A stretch of 64,000 nt of DNA, from contig NC_073390.1 in NCBI RefSeq assembly GCF_028641065.1, positions 6,014,001 through 6,078,000 of the forward strand, given 5' to 3'. The notes under the pieces were generated by a model. That model was not told the DNA's origin. It ran no database searches and was given only the letters and a program-made list of their open reading frames with translations. The translations under genes and the position numbers were made by a program. Below are positions 1 to 13,539 of the stretch, piece by piece (positions within the stretch are counted from its first letter, which is position 1; the number at the start of each line of letters is the position of its first letter). The stretch comes from Leucoraja erinacea. Lineage: Eukaryota.

Positions 1-299
1 ATGTGGCTAAAAATGACAAATCAAATCCCCGAGTAAGAAATTATCTGCTGACACCTTACAGCTATAGAGGGAATGTTCCATCTACAATCAAATAGAATTG
101 GTGCCACTATGGTAAAATTCCAATCATGTGAACGTCAATATTTGTTTGCACATCCCAATAGCTTAGCAACTGGCTCACTTGGTTATATATTCGACATTCG
201 CTTTACTCACTATGCCCAGTTTCTTTACACGCCCTTTGCACACACCGTGCTCAGCAGCGCCTTTACTTCCTTAGGAGGCTCAAGAAAGCCCACCTGTCC

Positions 300-845
300 C
301 CCCAGATCCTGACCAACTTTTACCGCTGTACCATAGAGAGTATCCGGACCACCTGCTTCACGGTATGGTACAGCAGCTGCACTGCTGCGGACAGGAAGGC
401 ACTACAACGGGTGGTGAAAACCGCGCAGCACATCATCGGTGCCCCGCTCCCTGCCATGGATGCCCTCCACCGAAAACGGTGTCTGAGATGGGCTGGGAAG
501 ATCATCAAAGACCCCTCACACCCCAACCATGGACTGTTTGCCCTCCTCCCATCAGGGAGGCGGTACAGGAGCCTCAGGTCACATACTAGTAGGATGAGGA
601 AAAGCTTCTATAACAACACAATCACACTGCTGAACTCGGAGTCCCGACGATAGATTTCTCTGGTCCCTCCATCCCCTTTGTTTAATAATTCTGTATTTCC
701 TGATTATTCTGTATCTTCCCTCTTTCTATTTTTCTTGTTTTTTTCTTTATGTACAACTACTACGGACTGACGCAAAACTGCATTTCGTTGTACTGATACT
801 TGTATTTGTGCGATGACATTAAAGTTGAATTGAATTGAATTGAAT
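300..845 (+). mobile_element. Rex1/Babar-like LINE 3' end
   Basis: VKTAQHIIG...IIKDPSHPNHGLFALLPSGRRYRS; (TTGAA)n tail. Confidence 0.85.
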
Positions 846-1071
846 TTTCCTCAGCACTCTTTACACTTGTTGAGTCCCGTTTCCAACACTCTATTTATGA
901 TCACCGTGCCCCTTTCCTGCGCTCCCATTACATTCACAAATTCTACATTGCTAGAAAAACTGAGTGCAGTCACCCAATATTTTGTTCTGTCCTACATGCC
1001 AATAGCTACCAATATGACTATTTTGGAGTGAGGGGAAGAGAAAGAATTCAGGTTCATTAGAATGAAAATCA

Positions 1072-1278
<207 letters not shown>

Positions 1279-1800
1279 CTACATAGAAAAATAAATGCAA
1301 AATCTTCTTTTTAAACACTGACAAGTAAAGGTAAAACTAGATACTTTCTGTAATCTAGTTTGCAAAAACATATACAAGAGATGCTAAACTTATGACAACT
1401 GGTAACTTTAACTAAACAATTAACAATGAAAATATAATTTGAAGCCTTGTGACTGTGCTGAAATCATTTTGGTACAAGTCAAACATGATTATTATTTGTC
1501 TGCTACTAAAAATAGGTCATAAAATAATTAATTCTCAGCTGGTACATTGAATTACATAAGCCACATTTGACATATAAAACTATCTGGGTGTTAACAACCA
1601 ACATTTGGAGTACAGAGGTATAATTAAAATTCCAAGTGAATGAGGTTTATTAGGACTGAAACGTTCCCACAAAGCCCATTGCCTAACTGCAGTGTTCTTG
1701 GAGTTCTACAAAGACTTCTGTGAGCTAAAAGTGATGGTGGCAGAATTAAATGTTGAATTAATTACATAAATATACAAAGACAGGCATTGCAGGCAAAAAA

Positions 1801-3735
1801 CATAGGAAATAGGTGCAGGACTTGGCCATTCGGCCCTTCGAGCCAGCACTGCCATTCATAGAAACATAGAAAATAGGTGCAGGAGTAGGCCATTCGGCCC
1901 TTCGAGCCTGCACCGCCATTCAATATGATCATGGCTGATCATCCAACTCAGTATCCTGTACCTGCCTTCTCTCCATACCCCCTGATCCCTTTAGCCACAG
2001 GGCCACATCTAACTCCCTCTTAAATATAGCCAATGAACTGGCCTCAACTACCTTCTGCGGGAGAGAATTCCAGAGATTCACCACTCTCTGTGTGAAAAAA
2101 GTTTTCCTCATCTCGGTCCTAAAAGATTTCCCCCTTATCCTTAAACTGTGACCCCTTGTTCTGGACTTCCCCCAACATCGGGAACAATCTTCCTGCATCT
2201 AGTCTGTCCAACCCCTTAAGAATTTTGTAAGTTTCTATAAGATCCCCCCTTAATCTTCTAAATTCTAGCGAGTACAAACCGAGTCTATCCAGTCTTTCTT
2301 CATATGAAAGTCCTGACATCCCAGGAATCAGTCTGGTGAACCTTCTCTATGGCAAGAATGTCTTTCCTCAGATTTGGAGACCAAAACTGTACGCAATACT
2401 CCAGGTGTGGTCTCACCAAGACCCTGTACAACTGCAGTAGAACCTCCCTGCTCCTATACTCAAATCCTTTTGCTATGAATGCTAACATACCATTCACCTT
2501 CTTCACTGCCCGCTGCACCTGCATGCCTACTTTTAATGACTGGTGTACCATGACACCCAGGTCTCGTTGCATCTCCCCTTTTCCTAATCGGCCACCATTC
2601 AGATAATAATCTACTTTCCTGTTTTTGCCACCAAAGTGGATAACCTCACATTTATCCACATTATACTGCATCTGCCATGCATTTTCCCACTCATCCAGCC
2701 TATCCAAGTCACCTTGCAGCCTCCTAGCATCCTCCTCACAGCTAACACTGCCCCCCAGCTTCGTGTCATCCGCAAACTTGGAGATGTTGCATTCAATTCC
2801 CTCGTCCAAATCATTAATATATATCGTAAATAGCTGGGGTCCCAGAACTGAGCCTTGCGGTACCCCACTAGTCACTGCCTGCCATTCTGAAAAGGACCCA
2901 TTTACTCCTACTCTTTGCTTCCTGTCTGCCAGCCAGTTCTCTATCCACATCAATACTGAACCCCCAATACCGTGTGCTTTAAGTTTGTATACTAATCTCT
3001 TATGTGGGACCTTGTCGAAAGCCTTCTGAAAGTCCAGATATAACATATCCACTGGTTCTCCCTTATCCACTCTACTAGTTACATCCTCGAAAAATTCTAT
3101 AAGATTCGTCAGACATGATTTACCCTTCATAAATCCATGCTGACTTTGTCCAATGATTTCACCACTTTCCAAATGTGCTGCTATCCCATCTTTAATAACT
3201 GATTTTAGCAGTTTCCCCACTACCGACATTAGACTAACTGGTCTGTAATTCCCCGTTTTCTCTCTCCCTTCCTTTTTAAAAAGTGGTGTTACATTAGCTA
3301 CCCTCCAATCCTCAGGAACTACTCCAGAATCTAGAGTTTTGAAAAATTATCATTAATGCATCCACTATTTCTGGGGCTACTTCCTTAAGTACTCTGGGAT
3401 GCAGCCTATCTGGCCCTGGGGATTTATCGGCCTTTAATCCATTCAATTTACCTAACACCACTTCCCGGCTAACCTGGATTTCACTCAGATCCTCCATCTC
3501 ATTTGACCCCCGGTCCCCTGCTATTTCCGGCAGATTATTTATGTCTTCCTTAGTGAAGACAAAACCAAAGTAGTTATTCAATTGGTCTGCCATGTCCTTG
3601 TTCCCCATGATCAATTCACCCGTTTCCATCAATACGATCATAGCTGATCATCCAAAATCAGTACCCCATTATGGCTTTTTCCCCCTATCCCTTGATTCTC
3701 TTAGCCCCGAGCTAAATCTAACTCTCTCTTGAAAA
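1801..3735 (-). mobile_element. CR1 LINE, 5'-truncated, with RT domain; nested in an older CR1 3' end
   Basis: ORF 2300..3229 with YLDFQKAFDKV, GVPQGSVLGP, KFADD, LVRPHLEYCVQFW; frameshifts; CR1-type 3' tail. Confidence 0.95.
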
Positions 3736-4332
3736 CTAGATGATATGTTGCAGTTAGGGTTGTGTGGCAGTTGATGAAAATCATTAGAATTCATGGCAAT
3801 CAAATATGTGAGCAATGAAGAGGAACATAGTGGCTGTTGGGGATACTGTTAGAGGACTGGACAATATTCTCTGCATTCACAATTGTGAATCCTAAGGGCT
3901 GAGTTGTTATGTCCAGTGTTCAATTAAAGGTGAAATAAACAGTGTGCATACAAACATAAGATTGCACCTTGGTAATTATAATGAGACATCATTCTTAATG
4001 GACTTGACAAGGTAGATGCAAGGCTAATACTTCCCCAAGTGTCTAGAACAAGGGGGAATTGTCTCGGAATAAACAGTCCTCCAGTGAGGACCGTGATAAG
4101 AAGTTACATCTCCAGCTAAAGGCTGGTGGCTCCCTGGAATTAAGTACCCAACAGGATGAGAGGCTACTTTGCTGCATGCGTTTAAGACTAAGTTTGACAG
4201 ATATTTTTGAGTGAATTATGGAATATGCTAGTGCTGGAAAGCCCGTGCTAAGGTACAATTTCAACCATAATCTTAATGCACAACAGAAAAGGCTTGAGGT
4301 GCTAAATAGTATATTCATGCTTCTATTTCTTA

Positions 4333-4641
<309 letters not shown>

Positions 4642-4809
4642 TCATATTTACTATTATTTTGAGACTAGGCCGTTTTATGCTAGAATTGCTATACATTGTT
4701 AAAATGGACTCCACAATCAATCTGTAGCTAATAAGTAATTTTGATTAGGCAATGTTAATCCTTTTCAAAGTATATTTTTGATACCCCTGCCAAAGTTCAC
4801 ATACCAATG

Positions 4810-6095
4810 TCTCTACCGCACAGTAGCAAGTTTATCCATTGAATCATATATCAACATTGGTTTTGTACGTGGGAGGTCGTGTGTCTCACAAATCTGATTG
4901 TGTTTTTTGAAGAAGTGACCAAAAAGGTAAATGAGAACAGAGCTGTAGATGTGGTATACATGGATTTCAGTCAGGCATTCGACAAGGCTGGTCTGGAAGG
5001 ATAGATCGCATGGGATCCAAGGAGAGATAGCTGAATAAAATAGCAAACTGGCTTCATGGATGGAAGCAGAGGGTGATGGCGGAAGGTTGCTTCTTGGACT
5101 GAAGGCCTGTGACTAGTGGTGTGCCCCAGGGTTTGTTGCTGGGCCCTTTACTGCTTGTCATCTACATTATTTTAATGATTTGGATGAGAACATACAGGGC
5201 ATGTTTAGCAAGTTTGCTGATGATAGAAAAGTGGGTGATTTTGCAGATAGTGAAGATGGTTGTGAAAGATTGCAGCAGGATCTTGATCGATTGGACAGGT
5301 GGGCTGAGGTATGGTTGATGGAATTTAATACAGAGAAGTGGGAAGTGTTGCATTTGGGACATCTAACAAGAGCAGGATCTATACAGTAAATTGTAGGCCT
5401 CTGGGGAGTGTTGTAAAGCAGAGGGATCTAGGAGTGCAGGTGCATGGTTCCTTGAAGGTCGAACCGTAGGTTGATAAGCTGGTCAAAAAGGCTTTTGCAC
5501 ATTGGCCTTCATTAGTCAGTATTGAGTATAGGAGTTGGGAGGTCATGTTGCAGTTGTATGAGACGTTGGTGAGACCGCATTTAGAGGATTACGTTCAGTT
5601 CTGGGCACCATGTTATAGGAAAGATATTGTCAAGCTTGAAAGGGTTCAGAGAAGATTTACGAGGATGTTGCCAGGACTAAAGGGTGTGAGGTTGAGTCGG
5701 CTGGGTCTCTATTCCTTGGAGTGCAGGAGGATGAGGAGTGATCTTATAGAGGTGTATAAAATCATGAGAGGAACAGATCGGGTCGATGCACAGAATCTCT
5801 TGCCCAGAGTAAGGGAATTGAGGACCAGATGACATAGGTTCAAGGTGAAGGGAAAAAGATTTAATAGGAATCTGGGGGGTAACTTTTTCACACAAGCTGC
5901 CAGAGGAGGTAGTTGAGGTTGGGACTATCCCAATGTTTAAGAAACAGTTGGACAGGCACATGGATAGAACAGGTTCTATGGAGGGATATGGACCAAGCGC
6001 AGGCAGGTGGGACTAGTGTAGATGTGACATGTTGACCGGTGTAGGCAAGTTGGGCCAAAGGGCCTGTTTCCACACCGTATCACTTTGTGACTCTA
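4810..6095 (+). mobile_element. CR1 LINE 3' fragment, decayed
   Basis: TSGVPQG, KFADD and LVRPHLE motifs split across frames. Confidence 0.92.
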
Positions 6096-6124
6096 TAACA
6101 AGACCAATTGTCTTCAGGAGACAG

Positions 6125-6415
6125 GCGGCACAGGGTAGAGTTGCTGTCTTAGTGCCAGAGACCCGGGTTAGATCCTGACTATGGGTTCGCTCTGTATGGA
6201 GTTTGTACATTCTCCCTGTGACTGTATGGATTTTCACGGGTGCTACGGTTTCCTCCCACATTCCAAAGAAGTACAGATTTGTTGATTAATTGGTTTTGGT
6301 GAAATTGTAAATTGTCCCTCGTGTAGGACCAGTGTTAGTGTATGGGGTAATTGATGGTCGGCATGGACACAGTGGGCCGAAAGGCCTGTTTTCGTGCTAT
6401 ATCTCTAAAATCTAA
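6125..6415 (+). mobile_element. tRNA-derived V-SINE (HE1-like)
   Basis: Box A/B-like head, V-domain ggagtttgtacattctccctgtgac...ggtttcctcccaca, CR1-like tail gggccgaaaggcctgtt. Confidence 0.85.
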
Positions 6416-6517
6416 AGATGGGAATTAGAAGCAAACAGAATAAAAATGATGGCACAGAAACTGAAATCTGGAACAGTACTTAAATATTGCATATACACTA
6501 TTTACATTGTTTTTTTT

Positions 6518-6785
6518 TAGTTTAGTTTAGAGATACAGTGCTGAAAAAGGCCCTTTGGCTCAGCAAGTCCGTGCTGACAAGCAATCCACGTACACTACAC
6601 TATCCTACACACTAAAGACAATTTACAATTTTTACCAAAGTCAAATTACCTACAAACAATTACGTCTTTTGAGTGTGGGAAGAAAATGGAGCACCCGGAG
6701 AAAACAAACACGGTCACGGGCAGTCGGTACAAACTTTGTACAGGCAGCACCCGTAGTCAAGGTCGAACCACTGAGCCACCGTGTT
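6518..6785 (-). mobile_element. V-SINE (HE1-like), inverted relative to its neighbour
   Basis: Reverse complement of the V-domain; (TTTAG)n tail. Confidence 0.75.
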
Positions 6786-7254
6786 TTTCTTCATTTTGTT
6801 TAATTTAACTGTCACATTGCATTGCTATACACTGGAATAAATTGCTCATTCTGCAAAATGACTACATAGAAAATAAAAAAATGGTAGGTACATCTATCTC
6901 CTGCTGTGAATTTTTGACAGTAACATTAACAGGTTTCATATCTTATTACTTTGTAAAGACTGATTACTTCACAGTGCCTGCTTTATGACATTATTTGTTT
7001 AACTTTCCTGCAATATATACTTTCAGAGGAATTGGACTTGCTCTCTTCAGCCCCAAATTAAAATGAAACGTTTGTTTGCAAAATCTATTTATATTTAACC
7101 TAATTCGAGAAATAATTTGGCCAGAACTAGAAAAACTCAGAGTTAAAAGAGCAGTTTTGTGAAAGCCTACAAATGGTATATAGTGAATCTTCTGCTAATA
7201 GAGAAAAGGGAAAGAAATATTACAAACTGAATGAAAATGAAAACCTAAATACAA

Positions 7255-8180
7255 TCACAAATGCTGGAGTAACTCAGTGGATCGGGCAGCATCTTGGGAG
7301 AAAATGGATAGGTGACTTTACAGGTCGGGACCCTTCTTCAGAATGATTGCAGGGGGAAGCGGGGAAAAAAATCTGGAAGAGGGAAAAGGGGGGCTGGACA
7401 AATCAAAGGCAGGTGACCCCTGGACAAAGGCTAAAGATGGAAGCTCAGAAGAAAAGCAGTTAGGAACTGTGAAGCTAGTTGGACCTTTGTTGGAAGGGAG
7501 GGAGTGGGGTGAGAGAAACTGGTGCAAGGACAGCCAGGGTTCAGGGGAAGGGAGTGAGGGTTGCTAACTATTTTAACTTCCCTTCCAGTCTCATACTGAG
7601 CTTTCTGTCCTGGGCCACCTCCATTGCCAGAGGGAGGCCACATGCAAACTGGAGGAACAGCACGTCATATTTCGTTTGGGTTGCTTACAGCCCAACAATA
7701 TGAACACTGAATTCTCCAATTTTACATAACTAACTTCCAACTGTCAGCCCTTTTTTTAAGTAACCTCTGCAAAGACCTCCCCTTTCTCCCCCCGCATAAC
7801 CCTTGGTGACCTTGCTCGGGTTTTATTTCTCTTCCCACCCCCCCCACCACTCTCTTCCGCCAAAACTCTGTCAACTAGTTCCACAGTTCGCAACTATGGG
7901 GTTTAATTTGGGCTCCCACCTGCTTCTATTTCAAGCCTTTGTCCAACAAACTGCCTATCGGGGACCTGCCTTGCCCGAGGTCATCTGTTGCTGGCCATCA
8001 TTTGTCTGGCTCGCTCTTCTACCTTTCAGTTTTTATCCCACTCCTCACTGCAATCAGTCTATAGATGGGTCCCGACGCGAAACGTTAGCTATCCATTTTC
8101 TCCAGAGATGCTGGACCTGCTGATTTACTCCAGCATTGTGTGTCCACCTTTGGTATAAAGCCGCACCTGCAGTTGCTTTT
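7255..8180. mobile_element. Penelope-like element, inverted end pair, decayed
   Basis: Minus-strand tail 7255-7570 abuts a plus-strand GIY-YIG C-terminal remnant (aaactggaggaacagcac) and tail; degenerate hammerheads at both ends. Confidence 0.8.
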
Positions 8181-8185
8181 TATTA

Positions 8186-8425
<240 letters not shown>

Positions 8426-8620
8426 CTACAGTATCTAGATTACCATATGCAAGATGAGACAATTCTATAAACTATGGTTCACAACTCTCAATTTCAGCCT
8501 GTATAGTTTAACTAACCAATAGTTAAATGCAACTAGAGAATACACTACATGCGAAGTTACACCATATTGAAGCAGAATTAAACAAGCTTATTTGCATGTC
8601 ATATTTCCTACGACAACGTA

Positions 8621-10194
8621 CAGTGCCCTCCATAATGTTTGGGACAAAGGCCCATCATTTATTTATTTGCCTCTGTACTCCACAATTTGAGAATTGTAAA
8701 AGAAAAAAAAGAAAAAATCACATGTGGTTAAAGTGCACATTGTCAGGTATTTATAAACCACATTTTGGTTTCACCATGTAGAAATTACAGCAGTGTTTAT
8801 ACATAGTCCCCCCATTTCAGGGCACCATAATGTTTGTGACACAGCAATGTCATGTAAATGAAAATAGTCATGTTTAGTATTTTGTTGCATATCCTTTGCG
8901 TGCAATGACTGCTAGAAGTCTGCGATTCATGGACATCACCAGTTGCTGGGTGTCTTCTTTGGCGATGCTCTGCCAAGCCTGTATTGCAGCCATCTTTAGC
9001 TTATGCTTATTTTGGCAGCTAGTCCCCTTCAGTTTTCTCTTCAGCATATAAAAAAAAGCCATGCTCAATTGGGTTCAGATCGGGTGATTAACTTGGCCAC
9101 TCAAGAATTTACCATTTTTTTGTTTTGGAAAAACTCCTTTGTTGCTTTAGCAGTATGTTTGGGATCATTGTCTTGAGCAGACTGGATGTGTCAATACACT
9201 TCAGAATTCATTATGCTTCTGCCATCAGCAGTTCTATCATCAATGAAGATAAGTGAGCCAGTTCCTTCAGCAGCAATACATGCCCAGACCATAACACCCC
9301 CACCACTGTGTTTCACACATGAGGTGATATGCTTTGGATCTTGGGAAGTTCCTTCTCTTCTCCATACTTTGCTCTTGCCATCACTATATTAGTTAATCTT
9401 CATCTCATCTGTCCACAAGACCTTTTTACAGAACTGTGGTTGCTCTTTTAAGTACTTCTTGGCAAACTGTAACATGGCCATCATATTTTTCTGGCTAACC
9501 AGTGGTTTGCACCTTGCCTCTGTATTTCTGTTCATGAAGTCTTCTGCGAACAGTGGTCATTGACAAATCCACACCTGACTCCTGAATATTTCTGATCCGT
9601 TGGGACAGGTGTTTGGGGATTTTTCTTTATTATCGGGAGAATTATTTTGTCATCAGCTGTGGAGGTCTTCCTTGGCCTGCCAGACCCTTTGCAATTAGTA
9701 AACTCACCAGTGCTCTCTTTCTTCTTAATGATGTTCCAGTTGATTTTTGGTGAACCTAAGGTTTGGCTGATGTCTTTAACAGTTTTATTCTTGTTTCTCA
9801 GTCTCATAATGGCTTCTTTGACTTTCATTGGCACAACTTTGGTCCTCATGTTGATAAACAGCAATAAGTTTGCAAAGGTGATGGAAAGGCTGGAGGAAAG
9901 ACTAGGTGCTGAGAGCTCTCTTATACCTGCATTAAGGAGGCAACTAAACACACCTGAGCAATTACAAACACAAGTGAAGCCAGGTGTCCCAAACATTATG
10001 GTGTCCGGAAATAGGGGGACTATGTATAAACACAGCTGTAATTTCTAAATGTGTAAAAATGGCCTTCATTAAAATCTGACAATGTGCACTTTAACCACAT
10101 GTGATTTTTTTAAAATTACAAATCTCAAATTGTGGCATACAGAAGCAAATAAATAAATGATGGGTCTTTGTCCCAAACATTATGGAGGGCACTG
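8621..10194 (-). mobile_element. Tc1/mariner DNA transposon, near full length, with frameshifted transposase
   Basis: TA|CAGTGCCCTCCATAATGTTTGGGACAAAG ... CTTTGTCCCAAACATTATGGAGGGCACTG|TA; long TIRs with inner copy of CATAATGTTTG(G/T)GACA; transposase pieces MRTKVVPMKVKEAI..GSGRPRKT and MNRRLLAVIARKGYATKY*. Confidence 0.93.
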
Positions 10195-11228
10195 TAGGCG
10201 TGAAGACCCACATGAAGGACAAAAATTCAGCAGTTTTCATTCGGCCAGCTTTCTCACAGCCTGGAATTGATGTTTCTCTACCCCACAGAACATTAAGTAT
10301 TTTGCACCAATATTGGCCCAGATCTGGCCAACAACGTGCAAAGGAAAAAAATTTGTAAAAAAAGACATTAGCGCAAAATACAATTAGAAAAACAACAAGT
10401 TAATGGTAGTGCAAGAGGTGGTTTGTGGTACCCTTCCACCTCTAGATGCAAGTGCACGGGTCGAACCATTGTGCGACTGGAGTTCATTATTCGTGGGCAC
10501 AGATTTCTCAAAAACACGAGTTGCAATTTCAATAAAACTCATTTGAAGAGCTCGGACAGGCTTCAAGATTATTCGATTCACTGTACTTGCCATTGCTTCC
10601 CTTCCATACTTTACTCGATAGAATGGGACCATACACATTATCAAAGTGTAATGGAATTAGGGCTAACAAGCAAGAAATTTGTCTAACTCGAACAAGGAAA
10701 GCTGGTCTTAGAAGATACGAAAATTAGTTTTGAAATACTTAGCTTTGATGTATTTTTGCCCAATATCACTTGGACAAAATGAACTGCATTTCTCTTAAAG
10801 TATTTTAGATTACGAATCTGGCCTTCTGCACAAACGTTTGCCACAGGCCACAATTTATCTGAACTCAAAAGACGGATATTTAGGCTGAATGTGCCCACCA
10901 CATCACAGTATATGTTTCTCCATTGACAATCAATGGGCTCACTGGACTCAAGATGGTAGATTTCCTCAGCATGGCTGGCAAACTGCACATTTACCCGTCT
11001 CAGTTGGACCTCTCATGGCAACACATGCCAATTGCCAATCAACTCGGTAGAAGTTCTGGCCCCTTCTTTCCACCCACTTAAGATGAAAGGAAATTAGTTT
11101 CCATTCATGAACTAATGAAAAGGTTCATACCTTAATCAAGAAAGGCTCAAATATGTTGCCATTATTTTTATAAAACAAAAACAAAAAATTGTTTAATCTT
11201 ACAACTTTACAATTAAAAGCAAACTTTA

Positions 11229-11372
<144 letters not shown>

Positions 11373-11398
11373 CTAATGCTAAATTTAGATATCATTAC

Positions 11399-11536
11399 CT
11401 TTGTGTTTTTCAATATCATAAGATCTGTGTTGTTATTTAGTATTAAAAACTGTAAATGTAACTCAATAGACATTTCACCACTTAATATTGTTATCATTTT
11501 TGTGTTCTGATCATGCAGGCCCTTCGATTCTGAAGT
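11399..11536 (-). CDS. PSMD1: PSMD1 exon 9 ([22 protein letters not shown]...LKNTK)
   Basis: Within ORF 11366..11641; ttcag/gtaat; 138 nt. Confidence 0.94.
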
Positions 11537-11894
11537 CTGAAAAACAAAACACAAATATGAGAGCCTTTTAAAGCAACACGCATTCATCTGAATTATATAC
11601 TCACATTTCATATGGATTATAAAGCAAATCAAAGAACTCATAATTTATCCCACAGGAAGACTCATTCTAGAATTAGAAAGTAATGTAATTCCCAAGTTTA
11701 TATTCACATTAGATCTCCAATCTCTCCAACTGCCACTAGGGGCGTCGCATTGATGGCAACCTCTGCCTACAGTCTGTTTGTTTTGCTATCTTTTTTATTT
11801 TTAGTCTGAATGTAATTTACTGTAAAAAGCAAAAAGTGATCAAAAGAACCACAAGCATTTCTCTTCACAAATAAAGTCTATGATTCTGAGTTAA

Positions 11895-12112
11895 TGCCCC
11901 TGTCCCACTTAGGAAACCTGAACGGAAACCTCTGGAGACTTTGCGCCCCCCACCCAAGGTTTCCGTGCGGTTCCCGGAGGTTTTTGTCAGTCTCCCTACC
12001 TGCTTCCACTACCTGCAACCTCCGGCAACCTCCGGGAACCGCACGGAAACCTTGGGTGGGGTGTAAAGTCTCCAGAGGTTTCCGTTCAGGTTTCCTAAGT
12101 GGGACAGGGGCA
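11895..12112. mobile_element. Palindromic MITE, PIF/Harbinger-like (copy 1)
   Basis: About 48-bp perfect TIR TGCCCCTGTCCCACTTAGGAAACCTGAACGGAAACCTCTGGAGACTTT; TAA/TTA flanks. Confidence 0.85.
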
Positions 12113-12299
12113 TTACTTCTGAACATCACCCAACAGCAGTAACCATTGTAAGAGTTCTCATATTTATTGGCGAAACCTTACAGTTCCCAAAATAGATATA
12201 ATGAAAGAATGAGCATGGGAAGGGGGAAGGGGCTGAGGAGAAATGGATTGAAGTGGGAGCAGTGCAAGAAACATAAGAAAATACTGCTTATCCTCTCAC

Positions 12300-12366
12300 C
12301 AATTCTGTGCTTTTGATGGAAACTATTGGTGAACTGGCCAACTTTTCTTCTGTCTCCATGGTTTCA
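12300..12366 (-). CDS. PSMD1: PSMD1 exon 8 (SETMETEEKLASSPIVSIKSTEL), variable linker
   Basis: ccag/gtgag; 67 nt; METEEK motif as in human; bridges phase 2 to phase 0. Confidence 0.88.
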
Positions 12367-12774
12367 CTGGAGATAGAATTCAGAATATTAATGATAAAGA
12401 AATGTTAACAGTTTGGCTTATTTAATTATCATTTCTAGCTTATCCTTATATTCGCAGCTTATCATCTATGGTATTCCCAATGGACTATATTAATTTTCTA
12501 TGCGTAATTAAAAGTAGAAATGTGTTATTGCTTTGGCAGAATATAATTAACATAAGTACATAGCTGATATCTTCGTGTTCCATTAATAACAAAATATATT
12601 TTTAATAAGTTTCCTAAAATAGGAGCAATTTGGGAAAATCTGCAAGTATATTTGTAAAATCAATGTAAGTTCAGAAGGGATGGTCAAGGTATCAGCATCT
12701 CTATAATATTGTAGAATAAATCACTGCATATTCATCAACAATAACTCTTGCCAGAAAAAAATGTTATGCTTTTA

Positions 12775-13119
<345 letters not shown>

Positions 13120-13539
13120 TTATCTTTATATCAAAACTTGTCTCTCCGTCATTTTTCTTTGGAAATTTTGGAATACTCTTTTTCATTGATTTATCTCCTT
13201 GCCTCCGACTTCTAAACCTTCCTGCCCAGCACAGCTGGACCAAATAGATTCCTGTGCATTACACTAGGGAAGACTAAGATGGAGGACATTTTTAATTCCC
13301 TTTAATAGATACGCAGATAACACAGTCTGAAGAACGGGCTCGACTAAAAACGTCACCCATTCTTTCTCTACAGAGATGCTGCCTGTCGCGCTGAGTTACT
13401 CCAGTATTTTGTGTCTACACTGATAACACAGTTAGACTGAAAAAGATGTCGGCAAGCAAGACTAATATAATGGGACAAATGAGAGAATGGGTACAAGTAT
13501 CATTCTCTTGACTGGCATGTACTCACTGCCCAAAACAAC

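Noticed and set aside
2300-3229. RT ORF as an active element or novel RT system (also 48217..49164)
   Set aside because: Ordinary CR1 RT, 5'-truncated and frameshifted; the second copy has FAND at the catalytic motif
6125-6200. tRNA genes at SINE heads
   Set aside because: No complete cloverleaf; each continues into the V-SINE body
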